DNA of 64,000 nt. Origin: Candidatus Oxydemutatoraceae bacterium (lineage in GTDB: Bacteria; Pseudomonadota; Gammaproteobacteria; Poriferisulfidales; Oxydemutatoraceae). Shown here piece by piece: positions 10,859 through 21,339 of the stretch. The stretch is taken from the NCBI GenBank assembly GCA_965219575.1, contig OZ244779.1, positions 300,769 through 364,768 of the forward strand. The letters run 5' to 3'. The position numbers and the translations under genes were made by a program. The notes below the pieces were generated by a model. The model was not told where the DNA came from. It made no database searches and was given only the letters and a program-made list of their open reading frames with translations. Positions within the stretch are counted from its first letter, which is position 1. Each line of letters begins with the position of its first letter.

Positions 10859-11998
10859 ATGAAAATTTATTTAGTCGGCGGTGCGGTGCGCGATGTTTTA
10901 TTAAACCAAAAAGTATCCGAAAAAGACTGGGTCGTTGTCGGTGCCACACCCAAAGAGATGCTAAAACGCGGCTTCAAGCAAGTCGGGAAACACTTCCCGG
11001 TATTCCTACACCCTATAACAAACGAAGAGTATGCTCTCGCTCGTACCGAGCGTAAAACCAGCCACGGTTATCACGGATTTAAGTTTGACACTTCACCGAA
11101 TGTAACCATAGAGGAAGACCTTAAGCGCCGCGATCTAAGCATTAACGCGATCGCACAAGATGAACGCGGCGAATTGATCGACCCGTGGGGTGGACAGCGA
11201 GATATAAAAGCGCGTTTGATCAAGCATGTGTCGCGTGCTTTCGTCGAAGACCCGGTCAGAATATTGCGCGTTGCGCGTTTTACCGCACGTTTTGAATCGC
11301 TGGGGTTCAACATCGCACCCGAAACGCTAAATCTGATGCAACAAATGATCGCAAACGGCGAGGTCGATTACCTGGTTGCCGAGCGCGTCTGGCAAGAAAC
11401 GGCTAAGGCTTTTGCAGCCGGGCGGCCGTCTATTTACTTAAAAACATTGTCGGATGTCGGCGCGTTGGCTCGTATCGCTCCGGAATTAGACAACTTGCTT
11501 CATCACCTTGCCGGTATCACCGGCAAAGATAATATCCCTATGGATGTCTCTTTGTTTGCGGCAATAGATCGAGCACCGAAACAGCCGCCCGAAATTGTAT
11601 TGGCAATATTGTCTTTTTACGCACACCGCAACGGGGTTTCTATCGACACTTTGAGCGAGCGGTGGAAATTGTCTAGTCGTTGCAGAAAAATGATCCGCTC
11701 GGCAGAACGGTTTGACACATCGTTGAAATCTGCAACCGATTTGTCGAGCGAAGAACTGTTGGATTTTATAACACAGGTGGATGCACATAGGGACCGCGAA
11801 CAATTTGACGACTTATTGACTGCGTATACGCTGTCCAACTACGAAGGCATCGACATTGACCCCCAAATAAATCGTCTTAACCGCGCGTTAGATGCACTCG
11901 CTGCCGTTAAATTTGACTCCAGCCTTCAGGACTTACCGGGCGAACAAGCAAAGGCTCGGGTACGAGAGCGACGGCTTCAAGCCCTCAATTCGTTATAA
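10859..11998 (+). CDS. cca: CCA-adding tRNA nucleotidyltransferase (short form, no evident HD domain)
   Basis: [31 protein letters not shown]. Confidence 0.93.
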   Translation: MKIYLVGGAVRDVLLNQKVSEKDWVVVGATPKEMLKRGFKQVGKHFPVFLHPITNEEYALARTERKTSHGYHGFKFDTSPNVTIEEDLKRRDLSINAIAQDERGELIDPWGGQRDIKARLIKHVSRAFVEDPVRILRVARFTARFESLGFNIAPETLNLMQQMIANGEVDYLVAERVWQETAKAFAAGRPSIYLKTLSDVGALARIAPELDNLLHHLAGITGKDNIPMDVSLFAAIDRAPKQPPEIVLAILSFYAHRNGVSIDTLSERWKLSSRCRKMIRSAERFDTSLKSATDLSSEELLDFITQVDAHRDREQFDDLLTAYTLSNYEGIDIDPQINRLNRALDALAAVKFDSSLQDLPGEQAKARVRERRLQALNSL

Positions 11999-12779
11999 AT
12001 AACAACAATATGATACCGAGTAAAATACGATAAATGACGAAAGGCAACAACCCTATTTTTTCGACGAAGCGGATGAACAATTTTATCGTTAGCAAGGCAA
12101 ATACTGCGGAAATAATAAACCCTACAACCATCGGGTACCACAACGCCGCATTGAGCTGCGAACCGTTCCATAGCTCCCAGATATTCAGTGCACTGGCAGC
12201 GGCGATCACCGGTATTGCCAATAAAAACGAAAAATTCAACGATTGCCGGCGCGATAAACCCAGCAAGAGTGCCGCGGCAATCGTAATACCGGCTCTGGAG
12301 GTGCCGGGAATTAACGCAAGCGTTTGGGCTAAACCGATGATGAACGCCTGCCTGAGGCTTATCGTTTGTGCCGCGGTCGTGTTTCTACGCAAATCCGCAA
12401 ACCACAACACAAACGCAAAAATAATCGTTGCCGTAGCGATCACCTCGGTGCTACGCAACTCAGTTGCCACTACATCCTTTAACAATGCACCGGCGATAAA
12501 AACCGGCAACGATGCGACGATTAATAACACCCCTATATTTCGATCAGCCGAGAGTGCCGACTCCGATGGATGGTTCAGTATCATATTGCCAAGTTCTCTG
12601 CGAAAATGGAACAGCACCGCCGCCAAGGTGCCACTATGCACGGCAATATCAAAGGCAAGAAAACCTTCACCCCAGCCGAAAAGTTGTGATGTTAGTATAA
12701 GATGTGCCGAACTCGAAACCGGCAGGAATTCGGTAACTCCCTGTATTAAGGCGAGAATACTTGCTTGAAAAAAATCCAT
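11985..12779 (-). CDS. uppP: Undecaprenyl-diphosphate phosphatase
   Basis: [14 protein letters not shown] and IPGTSRAG. Confidence 0.95.
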   Translation of the reverse strand: MDFFQASILALIQGVTEFLPVSSSAHLILTSQLFGWGEGFLAFDIAVHSGTLAAVLFHFRRELGNMILNHPSESALSADRNIGVLLIVASLPVFIAGALLKDVVATELRSTEVIATATIIFAFVLWFADLRRNTTAAQTISLRQAFIIGLAQTLALIPGTSRAGITIAAALLLGLSRRQSLNFSFLLAIPVIAAASALNIWELWNGSQLNAALWYPMVVGFIISAVFALLTIKLFIRFVEKIGLLPFVIYRILLGIILLLFITN

Positions 12780-12835
12780 TACTAACTTCTATATAATATA
12801 TCGGAACAACCTATCATAGCAGGAGTCATAATTTA

Positions 12836-13576
12836 GTGAAAAATGAACAACCCGTAGTACTAATCACCGGTGCTGCCAAACGCGTTGGCGCACAAATTGC
12901 ACAAACACTGCACCACGCCGGGATGCGAGTGATATTGCATTATCGGCATTCCGCTGCCGATGCGCAGGCACTCGTCGGCAGTCTCAATGCAAAACATCCC
13001 GACTCGGCTTGTTGCTTTGCTGCCGATTTATCCGAACTGCGAGCGATAGAGGAACTGGCACAATCGGCACGACATCGTTGGGGATACTTGGATGCACTTA
13101 TTAATAATGCTTCGGCTTTTTATCCTACCGAACTTGCGACCTTGAATCCGGCGCATTGGGAGGAACTGATTAATATCAATATGAAAGCACCGCTATTTTT
13201 GAGCTGTGCGCTTGCCGACACGCTCGCGGCGCGACGCGGATGCATTGTCAACATCGGCGACATACACGCAATTCGCCCACTTAAGAAACACACCGTTTAC
13301 TCGGCGAGCAAAGCCGGGCTGGCAATGATTACACAATCGCTAGCCAAGGAGCTTGCGCCGCAGGTGCGATGCAATGCGGTTTATCCGGGCGCAATTCTAT
13401 GGCCCGAAAACGACTACGACGATGAGAGAAAACAAGAGGTTTTGGAGCGCACGATGCTCAAACGCGCCGGATGTCCCGAAGACATTGCCTCGGCTGTGCT
13501 ATTTTTGGTGCGAGATGCGGGCTACATCACCGGTCAAACAATTATTGTCGACGGCGGGCGCACTTTGCACAACTGA
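12836..13576 (+). CDS. Pteridine reductase (FolM-like SDR)
   Basis: TGAAKRVG, NNAS, YSASK; near folB/folK. Confidence 0.88.
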   Translation: MKNEQPVVLITGAAKRVGAQIAQTLHHAGMRVILHYRHSAADAQALVGSLNAKHPDSACCFAADLSELRAIEELAQSARHRWGYLDALINNASAFYPTELATLNPAHWEELININMKAPLFLSCALADTLAARRGCIVNIGDIHAIRPLKKHTVYSASKAGLAMITQSLAKELAPQVRCNAVYPGAILWPENDYDDERKQEVLERTMLKRAGCPEDIASAVLFLVRDAGYITGQTIIVDGGRTLHN

Positions 13577-13649
13577 ACCGCCACTTGCTCCAGTTGGGCA
13601 AGTGGCGTAACTTGGATAGATAAATGTATAAACATAGTACAGATACGAC

Positions 13650-13895
13650 GGGGCTGTTGAAAAAGTGCGGCATCGTACGAATCCAATCACTTGCGCCATT
13701 TGGTTTTGGTTTCCATAAATCAAATGGATGAATGTATTGATTGTACAGATGCAACGCGTTTCGGGCAGAATAGAGCCGCCGATTGAGCCAGTAGGTCAAT
13801 CGGCAATTTTGATGTCCGCCCCTACGGGTGGTTTGCAAATATTCACAGCGCAAGCGGTTGCAGTTGTGCAAAAACAGTAATTTTTCAACAGCCCC
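13650..13895. mobile_element. MITE-like element, 5-bp flanking repeat ACGAC, with hairpin nested in a REP loop
   Basis: TIRs; ACGAC at 13645-13649 and 13896-13900. Confidence 0.8.
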
Positions 13896-14024
13896 ACGAC
13901 ACAACCACCCCGTCAGGCTTCGCCTGCCACCCCTCCGAAGGAGGGGAATGTACCGTCCCTCAAGTTCGTGGATACTTTTTCAACAGTCCCCGCTACAACC
14001 ACCCCGGCAGGTCGGACGGCGGTG

Positions 14025-14516
14025 CTATACCTCCCACACAAACGGGATGCGTGTTATCGGTTGCGGACTATCAAGGTGCTTCCATAATTCCGAGAAGCAT
14101 TTGCCTATCACCGGGTGCACCAAATCGCCGGCAATCTCTGCCATCGGTTTGAGTGTATGACTGTATTTGCTTAGATCGTTGTGCGGTAAATAAACCGCAT
14201 CGGTGTCGACGATCAAGTCGCCGTAAAGCAGTTGGTCTAAATCGAGTTCCCTCGAGACAAATTGGTTATTGCCACGTTTTCTACCGTGCTTTTTTTCTAT
14301 TTCAAAAAAAACACGGTTGATGCTGCTCGGGGTCAGCGTAGTTTCCAAACAAACGACTATATTATAAAAATCTTCTCCCTCGAAACCGACGGCGGCGGAT
14401 TGATACACCGACGACTTTACGACATTTCTAAATATCTGTTGCAGTGTGCTAAAGCACGAGCGAAGATTGTGCTCTTTGTCGATGTTCGTGCCGATGCCGG
14501 CGAATACTCTAGGCAT
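14025..14516 (-). CDS. folK: 2-amino-4-hydroxy-6-hydroxymethyldihydropteridine diphosphokinase
   Basis: GIGTN, FYN, RELDLD, LPH. Confidence 0.92.
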   Translation of the reverse strand: MPRVFAGIGTNIDKEHNLRSCFSTLQQIFRNVVKSSVYQSAAVGFEGEDFYNIVVCLETTLTPSSINRVFFEIEKKHGRKRGNNQFVSRELDLDQLLYGDLIVDTDAVYLPHNDLSKYSHTLKPMAEIAGDLVHPVIGKCFSELWKHLDSPQPITRIPFVWEV

Positions 14517-14523
14517 TGAAAAG

Positions 14524-14877
14524 TTACTGAGTGCCTCGTTCTATTAAAATGCCGACACCTTCGGCACCCCGAATGGCACCGGCCTTGTTGAGGCACAAGC
14601 GCAGCCATCTAATATCAAATGTCTGCATCAATGCTTCGGCAAGATCATGGCTCAAGGTTTCTATCAGTCGATACTCGGATGTAGAGACAAAGTGTTGTAT
14701 GTATTTTGCAATATTTTTATAGTCCAGCGCATCTTCTATACGGTCGCGACCGGCCGCCTTAGCGATATCGGTTGTTAGTTCCAAGTCGATGCACAGGCTT
14801 TGGCGAATCTGTCGTTCCCATGCAAACACACCGATTGTTGCTTCCACCTTGAGTCCGGTTAAAAATATTTTATCCAC
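14524..14877 (-). CDS. folB: Dihydroneopterin aldolase
   Basis: IGVFAWER, ALDY, LIET. Confidence 0.93.
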   Translation of the reverse strand: MDKIFLTGLKVEATIGVFAWERQIRQSLCIDLELTTDIAKAAGRDRIEDALDYKNIAKYIQHFVSTSEYRLIETLSHDLAEALMQTFDIRWLRLCLNKAGAIRGAEGVGILIERGTQ

Positions 14878-15991
14878 TTTCGGAGGTCTGCTTTTTTTCT
14901 TCTGGTTTGGGGGGGTTATTCAACAAAGAAAGGTCATAAACTTCGTTTAAGTGGTACATCATAGACCCCTTGTTCGGTGGGACAATCTTTACCGTCGCAT
15001 ATCTCATAATATTCTTTTCAACCAAATAAAGCATCACATTATCGATAACCGACTCCTGCTCACCGGAAACCAACCGCTTTAATTCCGGGAAGTCATAATA
15101 GCGATACACTCGGTAATCCTTTTTCAAGAAATCAAAGTGTTGCGGGTTGCGTATATCGGATGTGATATAGAGCCTGGAGCCTTTGCTGATAGCATAGCCG
15201 AGTAGCGTTTTTATCTGTTTCGGAGAGAACGCAAACTGAAGCATGGGCATTTCCTTCGGGCGCACACCCCGCTTACTTCCAACCTGCATGCAGGCATAAT
15301 ACGCTTCTCTTAAACTGATGCTACTTCCGCGTGCCTTAGTTTTTTCGTCAAAGCAAGATCTCATCGTGCCGACTTTATCCAAAAAATAATACTGCCCGGC
15401 GAGCGCATTTTCTCTGGTTGTGCCCATCGCTTCCAACACGATATCGGTAAACGCATTTACTTTTTGTGAATACGGAAGGTCTAGTAAAAATTCTGCTTTC
15501 TTATTCTGGGCGTATTTCTTGACATACTGGAATGGCGGGTCTCTTCTGATTATCACATCATAGCTTTGGTTCATCTCAGCGGAAACAACCTCGTCGCAAA
15601 CCGAACATATTTTGTTTGCCGTGTAATCATCTAAATTGAATTCTTCCTCCTTAAGCCACTTCTGACTATCCTTAACAATCGTGTCTACTTTATCGATTGA
15701 TCGAATTGTGATGCTCGACAAGTCTAGATAATCTTCAAAATCAAAATCATGTTTTTTGAAATAAAAGTTGTGCTCGGGGTGGATTGCAAATCTGCCGATT
15801 ATCGGTGTTCTGCCCAAGTCGAAGGCTTCTAGAAGAACCGTGTTAAGGATCTTAAACACTTGGTCTATATTAGGTTTGCTTTCCGTCATCGAGAAGACGA
15901 GATACTTGTCGTCTCTAGTGCTTTGCTCCACCATTGTTTTATTCAAATAATTTTTGATTTTATCCTTGATTGATGCCAGACATAGTGGCAT
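14870..15991 (-). CDS. Hypothetical protein, possible O-fucosyltransferase-like GT-B
   Basis: C-terminal YACMQV..LYITSD..LVEKNIM pattern resembles O-FucT, but the HxR motif is absent. Confidence 0.4.
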   Translation of the reverse strand: MPLCLASIKDKIKNYLNKTMVEQSTRDDKYLVFSMTESKPNIDQVFKILNTVLLEAFDLGRTPIIGRFAIHPEHNFYFKKHDFDFEDYLDLSSITIRSIDKVDTIVKDSQKWLKEEEFNLDDYTANKICSVCDEVVSAEMNQSYDVIIRRDPPFQYVKKYAQNKKAEFLLDLPYSQKVNAFTDIVLEAMGTTRENALAGQYYFLDKVGTMRSCFDEKTKARGSSISLREAYYACMQVGSKRGVRPKEMPMLQFAFSPKQIKTLLGYAISKGSRLYITSDIRNPQHFDFLKKDYRVYRYYDFPELKRLVSGEQESVIDNVMLYLVEKNIMRYATVKIVPPNKGSMMYHLNEVYDLSLLNNPPKPEEKKQTSESG

Positions 15992-16358
15992 GCGCCTGCC
16001 GTGCCATGTAATTGTTGGTGTTTTTTCTGTGTCGCCGGGTATAAATGGTATCTGATTGTTCTATGGGTTTGCATTGATATAATTTAACATTTCTTTGTCA
16101 AGTTATCTATATAATTCCTTTGGGATTTATGTCTTTTTTTCATTAAAGTAAAATGGCACCGCCGATTGAGCCGGCAGGTCGAACAAGCTAAGGCTTATTC
16201 TTATAAGTGCACGGTGACGGTCTTATTTCCGATAAATTTTGTTTGTAATTTGAGTAGTTTACAACATAACTAAAAATATTATAACTTTAGGGTTAAGCTA
16301 TGCTAATATAACTTTCTTAAAAATTATAAGATTAAAACCAAGTATAAGGATCTATTTT

Positions 16359-17642
16359 ATGGAACTCTGGCAAGCCTGTATTAAAGAACTAGAACACTTT
16401 CTTTCGCAAGAAGATATCAATAGATGGATACGGCCGCTAGTCGTAGAGACAACAAACAACCGAATAAAACTCACCGCTCCGAATAAATTGTTGTGCGAAA
16501 AGGTAAGATCCCCCTTTTATCTAGAGCTTATCCGTCAAGCCGTTTCTACTGCTGCAAAAAACCAAAACAGCTCGCCTCCCGAAGTTTGCTTAGAATACAA
16601 AGAAAGAGCTAGGAATCAGTTAGTTAGCTACATTAATAAGGATCAAGTTTTTGCCAATTTTATAGAAGGAAAATCAAATCGGCTGGCACGCGCTGCCGCA
16701 GAGCAGGTTGCCGCCCAACCGGGCATCTCGTATAATCCGTTTCTAATCTACAGTGGTGTCGGACTGGGTAAAACACATTTACTTCACGCAATAGGAAACA
16801 CGATTAGTCAGAATTTTCCGGAAAAGCGTGTTCGCTATTTGCACTCCGAAGAATTTGTCTTGGATATGGTTGACGCAATACGCTCCGGGAACATGAATAA
16901 GTTTACTCGCTATTACCGAGGCCTCGATGTACTGTTAATCGACGATGTTCAGTTTTTTGCCGGCAAAGAACAAAGCCAAGAGGAATTTTTCCATACTTTC
17001 AACCATTTATTTGGTAGCCAAAGCCAAATTGTGATGACTTGCGATCGCTACCCGAAAGAAATAGACCGGCTGGAAGACCGTCTCAAATCACGCTTTAGTT
17101 CCGGCTTAACCCAAATAATAGACCTTCCAGAACTTGAAACCCGTGCAGCGATTATCTTGAGCAAATCCAAACTTTATGGGCTCAAGTTGTCCGAGGAGGT
17201 TGCATTCTTTATTGCACAGCAGATACGATCCAACATCCGAGAACTAGAGGGTGCTCTGATAAGTATAAAAATGACCGTTAATGTTACTAAAAAACCTATA
17301 ACAGTGTCTTATCTGGAGGAAATTTTAGAAGACAAGTTTGCTGCCAACAAGCGTCAACTGACGATAGAGAACATTCAAAAGGCAACATCGGAATACTATA
17401 ATATACCACAAAGTGATCTATTGTCGGATCGCCGCTCTCGCTCCATCGTTAGACCTAGACAATTAGCGATGCTACTGTCAAAAGAGTTAACAAACCATAG
17501 TTTCCCCGAAATTGGAAAAGCGTTCGGAAGACGAGACCATACAACGGTGATTCATGCCTGCAAAGCAATTAAAAAACTAAAAGAGAGCAATCAAGAAATA
17601 GAGCAAGCCTACAAAGCGGTGTTAAGAATTTTGAACTATTGA
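16359..17642 (+). CDS. dnaA: Chromosomal replication initiator DnaA
   Basis: YNPFLIYSGVGLGKTHL, LLIDDVQF, RDHTTVIHA. Confidence 0.97.
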   Translation: MELWQACIKELEHFLSQEDINRWIRPLVVETTNNRIKLTAPNKLLCEKVRSPFYLELIRQAVSTAAKNQNSSPPEVCLEYKERARNQLVSYINKDQVFANFIEGKSNRLARAAAEQVAAQPGISYNPFLIYSGVGLGKTHLLHAIGNTISQNFPEKRVRYLHSEEFVLDMVDAIRSGNMNKFTRYYRGLDVLLIDDVQFFAGKEQSQEEFFHTFNHLFGSQSQIVMTCDRYPKEIDRLEDRLKSRFSSGLTQIIDLPELETRAAIILSKSKLYGLKLSEEVAFFIAQQIRSNIRELEGALISIKMTVNVTKKPITVSYLEEILEDKFAANKRQLTIENIQKATSEYYNIPQSDLLSDRRSRSIVRPRQLAMLLSKELTNHSFPEIGKAFGRRDHTTVIHACKAIKKLKESNQEIEQAYKAVLRILNY

Positions 17643-17833
17643 ACAAAATAAACAATAAACTGTGAACATTTTGGGGATATTTTCATACAAATTTATCAAA
17701 CCACAAATAAATAAGTAATAATTAACAAGATAGCTTTGAAAAAAAGGGAACAAGTACAACAGATTTTGCAGTTATCCACAAAAACGACGATGACCTACAA
17801 CTACAAATAGATTAATTAATTAATATTAGTGCT
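17643..17833. promoter_or_regulatory. Probable oriC segment
   Basis: Perfect DnaA box TTATCCACA at 17772-17780, then NAC/NAT trio-like run and AT-rich ATTAATTAATTAATATT; degenerate boxes near 17661-17680. Confidence 0.65.
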
Positions 17834-18943
17834 ATGAGGATAACTTTACAAAACAAACATCTTTTATCTATACTTTCTTCTGTTAGAGGGGTTGTTCCCT
17901 CTAGGCCGATTTTCCCGACACAGAGCATGGTTCTAATCTCTCCCTCGGATAAAGGGTGCTTTTTTTTTACGCAAGGACCCGAGGCGCAGATACGATGCTT
18001 TTCTGAACAGCTTTCAGTTGAGAAGCCCGAGAAAAAGCTCCTTTCTGTTTCAAAAATATTTGAAATATCTAGGAACTTTCCCGAGGATAGCATCGTTTCT
18101 ATGCTTTTTAAGGATAATTCTGTTTCGGTTTCGTGTGAGGGCGGAAAATATCAGCTAAAAGGCCTGCCTGCCGAGGAATTCCCGCTTATGGATCCACCCG
18201 ATGAAAAAGATGTTATTAAAATAGCGGAGCGAGACTTGAAATATCTATTGGAAAAAACCGACTTTTGTATGGCATCCCAAGATCCAAGGCATTACTTAAA
18301 CGGGTTGTTTTTTTCTTTGGATGAAGGGAAGTTGTGCGCCGTTGCAACCGATAGTCACAGACTTGCTTTGAGTAATCTGGAGGTATCTAGTCAAGGTGAT
18401 AGCGAAGGAATTCTACCGAGAGAGATTGTTTCGGAGATTAAAAGGCTTTTATCGGATACCAAAGATGTTGCCGAAGTCAGTATTAGCTCGCAAAAAATCG
18501 TTGTATCTCTTAAAGACATCCAAATTTCCGCAAAAGGGCTAAACGGGCAATTCCCCGATTATAAAAAGGTAATACCTAAAGAATTTTTGGTGGAAATCGT
18601 TCTGGATCGCCAAGAGTTTTTAAGCACGCTAAAACGCGCTTCTGCATTATCGGTATCTTCATCACTGGATGATGGTGCGCATTTAAGCTTAGCTTTTTCA
18701 AAGGAAGAATTATTGGTTAAAAGTAGCAATCCGGACGGTGAAGAAGCCAACGTAAAACAAAACATCGAATATACAGGAGATGATTTTGAAATTAGTTTCA
18801 ACTCCCGATATTTGCAGGATGTTATGAAAGTACTGGATACGGAGAAAATTCGCCTACAGATGCGAGATGCAAGTAGTGGAACAAAAATCATCGGCGAAGG
18901 GTCGAGTTCGGAAGAATATATCGTGATGCCCCTTCGTCTATAG
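17834..18943 (+). CDS. dnaN: DNA polymerase III beta clamp
   Basis: VATDSHRL, GQFPDY, SFNSRYL, VMPLRL. Confidence 0.95.
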   Translation: MRITLQNKHLLSILSSVRGVVPSRPIFPTQSMVLISPSDKGCFFFTQGPEAQIRCFSEQLSVEKPEKKLLSVSKIFEISRNFPEDSIVSMLFKDNSVSVSCEGGKYQLKGLPAEEFPLMDPPDEKDVIKIAERDLKYLLEKTDFCMASQDPRHYLNGLFFSLDEGKLCAVATDSHRLALSNLEVSSQGDSEGILPREIVSEIKRLLSDTKDVAEVSISSQKIVVSLKDIQISAKGLNGQFPDYKKVIPKEFLVEIVLDRQEFLSTLKRASALSVSSSLDDGAHLSLAFSKEELLVKSSNPDGEEANVKQNIEYTGDDFEISFNSRYLQDVMKVLDTEKIRLQMRDASSGTKIIGEGSSSEEYIVMPLRL

Positions 18944-18974
18944 ACTAAACAGGGAACAAACAAAGCCTAAATAT

Positions 18975-19269
18975 GGGACTGTTGAAAAAGTATTCCATAA
19001 AAGTTGTAGGGGCGGACTAGCATGTCCGCCCGAAACGTATCATGTTTGCACGATTAACGCGTTCACCCATTAATATTATGAAAACCATTATTTGTTGGCG
19101 CAAGCGGTTGGTGTTGTGCAGAACGATACTTAAGGGCAGACATCAGAGTTGCCGATTGACCTACCGGCTCAATCGGCGGCTTTATACTGCCCCTACGGCT
19201 TGGTGGTTATTATAAATTCACGGCGCAAGCGGTTACGGTTGAACGCTGACGATACTTTTTCAACAGCCC
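18975..19269. mobile_element. MITE-like element with REPs
   Basis: GGGACTGTTGAAAAAGT...ACTTTTTCAACAGCCC; ATAT on both flanks. Confidence 0.75.
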
Positions 19270-19278
19270 ATATACCAT

Positions 19279-19294
19279 TGTTTCCCGTGAAACA
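19279..19294. promoter_or_regulatory. parS site
   Basis: TGTTTCCCGTGAAACA, one mismatch to TGTTTCACGTGAAACA. Confidence 0.8.
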
Positions 19295-19333
19295 ATCAGC
19301 CCAAGCACGAAGTAAACCACCACAATACAACGT

Positions 19334-19349
19334 TGTTTCATGTGAAACA
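19334..19349. promoter_or_regulatory. parS site within a 38-bp palindrome
   Basis: TGTTTCATGTGAAACA; arms extend over 19323-19360. Confidence 0.85.
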
Positions 19350-19381
19350 ACGTTGTATTGAGAATAAATTTCGGTCAGGCA

Positions 19382-20488
19382 ATGAATGTAGAGATAACAG
19401 CGTGGCTTACTGTCAGTCAGGCACCCGGGATAGGTGTCATAAAATTTCATAGACTTCTCGATCAAATTGGTTGCCCCGAAGACATCCTCAAAGCAAAAAC
19501 ATACGAATTAGAAAAAGCCGGTCTCGATGAAAAAACAATTCATTTCTTGAGAAATCCGCCCCCCGATGAAATAGACCCTAATCTTAAGTGGATGGAAACA
19601 CCAAGCCACACAATACGTACATTCCATTGTCGGCAATATCCCGAAGGAATTAAAGAACTAAAGGATGCCCCCCCGCTACTATACATTAAAGGAAATGAAG
19701 ACTTATTGAAAGAGCCTCAAATTGCCGTTGTCGGTTCTCGCCAACCGACACCGGGCGGACAGGCTAATGCCAAAGAGTTCTCGCAAGATATCGCAAAAGC
19801 AGGTATCTTGATTAACAGTGGAATGGCTCTCGGTATTGATACCATTGCCCATCAGACAGCTTTAACCTGTGGAAGTACGACGGTTGCGGTAATCGCCACC
19901 GGACCCGATAAAATTTATCCGGCGAAAAACAAGCAACTAGCCGAGCGTATTGCCGAGCAAGGCGTATTGGTATCCGAATTTCCTGTCGGAACGACACCTG
20001 TTCGTGCCAATTTCCCTCGCCGCAACCGCCTGATTAGCGCGTTATCGTTAGGCGTTGTCGTTATAGAAGCCGGTGTGCAGAGCGGTGCACTCATTACCGC
20101 AAGGTTGGCAGCGGAGCAAGGCAAGGATGTTTTTGCGGTGCCGGGTTCTATCCAAAATCCCAAAGCGCAAGGTTGCCACCGGTTGATTCAGCAAGGTGCC
20201 AAGTTAGTACAAAAAACCGAAGACATACTATTGGAATTACAACCTCAACTGGAACGGCATCTGCGAAAACGAGAAGTGGGTAAAACCTCAAGTAGCAATA
20301 ACGGTGGCGCAGCGATAAGCTATCACCACAGAGAGATATTGGAGGCCATGGGCTATGAGCCTATCGATGTAGATACACTTGCTCTACGATGCAATCTCTC
20401 GGCACAGGCTGTTTCCGTTGCACTACTCACGCTGGAGATAGAAAATTATGTCGGGGAAAATAACGGGATTTACACAAGGATAAGATAA
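19382..20488 (+). CDS. dprA: DNA-processing protein DprA
   Basis: AVVGSR, SGMALGID, FPRRNRLIS, SGALITA. Confidence 0.95.
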   Translation: MNVEITAWLTVSQAPGIGVIKFHRLLDQIGCPEDILKAKTYELEKAGLDEKTIHFLRNPPPDEIDPNLKWMETPSHTIRTFHCRQYPEGIKELKDAPPLLYIKGNEDLLKEPQIAVVGSRQPTPGGQANAKEFSQDIAKAGILINSGMALGIDTIAHQTALTCGSTTVAVIATGPDKIYPAKNKQLAERIAEQGVLVSEFPVGTTPVRANFPRRNRLISALSLGVVVIEAGVQSGALITARLAAEQGKDVFAVPGSIQNPKAQGCHRLIQQGAKLVQKTEDILLELQPQLERHLRKREVGKTSSSNNGGAAISYHHREILEAMGYEPIDVDTLALRCNLSAQAVSVALLTLEIENYVGENNGIYTRIR

Positions 20489-20585
20489 CCTAAATTTTGA
20501 CGAATATAGCGGACTTTAGCAACAAATAAATACAAATAGACGAAAAAATATAGGGTTAATTTCATCGGATCAATCTTTTGAGAAC

Positions 20586-21266
20586 ATGTCGCAACCACCT
20601 ATCTACATCATTAGCTTGAAGCAGACGCCGGAACGGAAACGGTATATACATCGCATACATCGGTAGGGCATTCTTAAAAGCGGAAAAATTTAAGGTGCTA
20701 AAATACCCCCGTCATGCTTATAAGTTGATGCGTTAGAAAAATACTGGCCGCAATTAAACCCGTATACGGACTGCGAGACGGTGCGGTGTATTATTAAATA
20801 TCTGTTTCTAAAGTATCTTTGTCGGCTCAAGTTAAACGCGCTTTGAGAAGGTATCAAGGAACAAGCAGCAAGAGATGAGACATGCTTCGCCGTTGAAATA
20901 GGCGCATTACTCACCCCAGACCGAACATCGTGGTATAAAATCACACCCGAGCACTTTGCGGCAAATCCTTATATAGGTTCAATAGTGGGCGAGGATGGCC
21001 CGATTCCTATCAGCATAACCTCGTGCATAGCGTATCTGGTTAAGCGATCGGCAGCGATTAAATGGAAATGCGCAGCGATTGATCTCGCGCCGAAGGTAGG
21101 ACGCACGCCCGGATACCCGATACCCGGTTATGCGAGCAAAAACTTAGAAGTAGATCATATTCCTAGATATCTTCATTGCAAGGGAGATATCAATCTTTAT
21201 GTCCTAGTTGCCCCGTGCGTCAGGGCCGAACCGAAATACATGACATACTCCGCTCGGATGTCATAA
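20586..21266 (+). pseudogene. Degraded glycosyltransferase family 25 gene
   Basis: MSQPPIYIISLKQTPERK (stop at 20666) and a later frame (TSCIAYLV...LVAPCV) align with the N- and C-termini of 55738-56721. Confidence 0.7.
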
Positions 21267-21339
21267 ACAAGGACCGGTTAGGGTTGTGGAAAAGCAGATT
21301 GTGTGTGTTATAATCGCCACTTAACATATAGAGAGTTAG

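Noticed and set aside
10859-11998. CCA enzyme lacking an HD domain as a pseudogene
   Set aside because: The ORF is intact and short CCA enzymes are common.
12034-12768. 244-aa plus-strand ORF
   Set aside because: Antisense shadow of uppP.
14870-14878. DnaA-box-like TTATCCACT
   Set aside because: Explained by the folB start codons; isolated.
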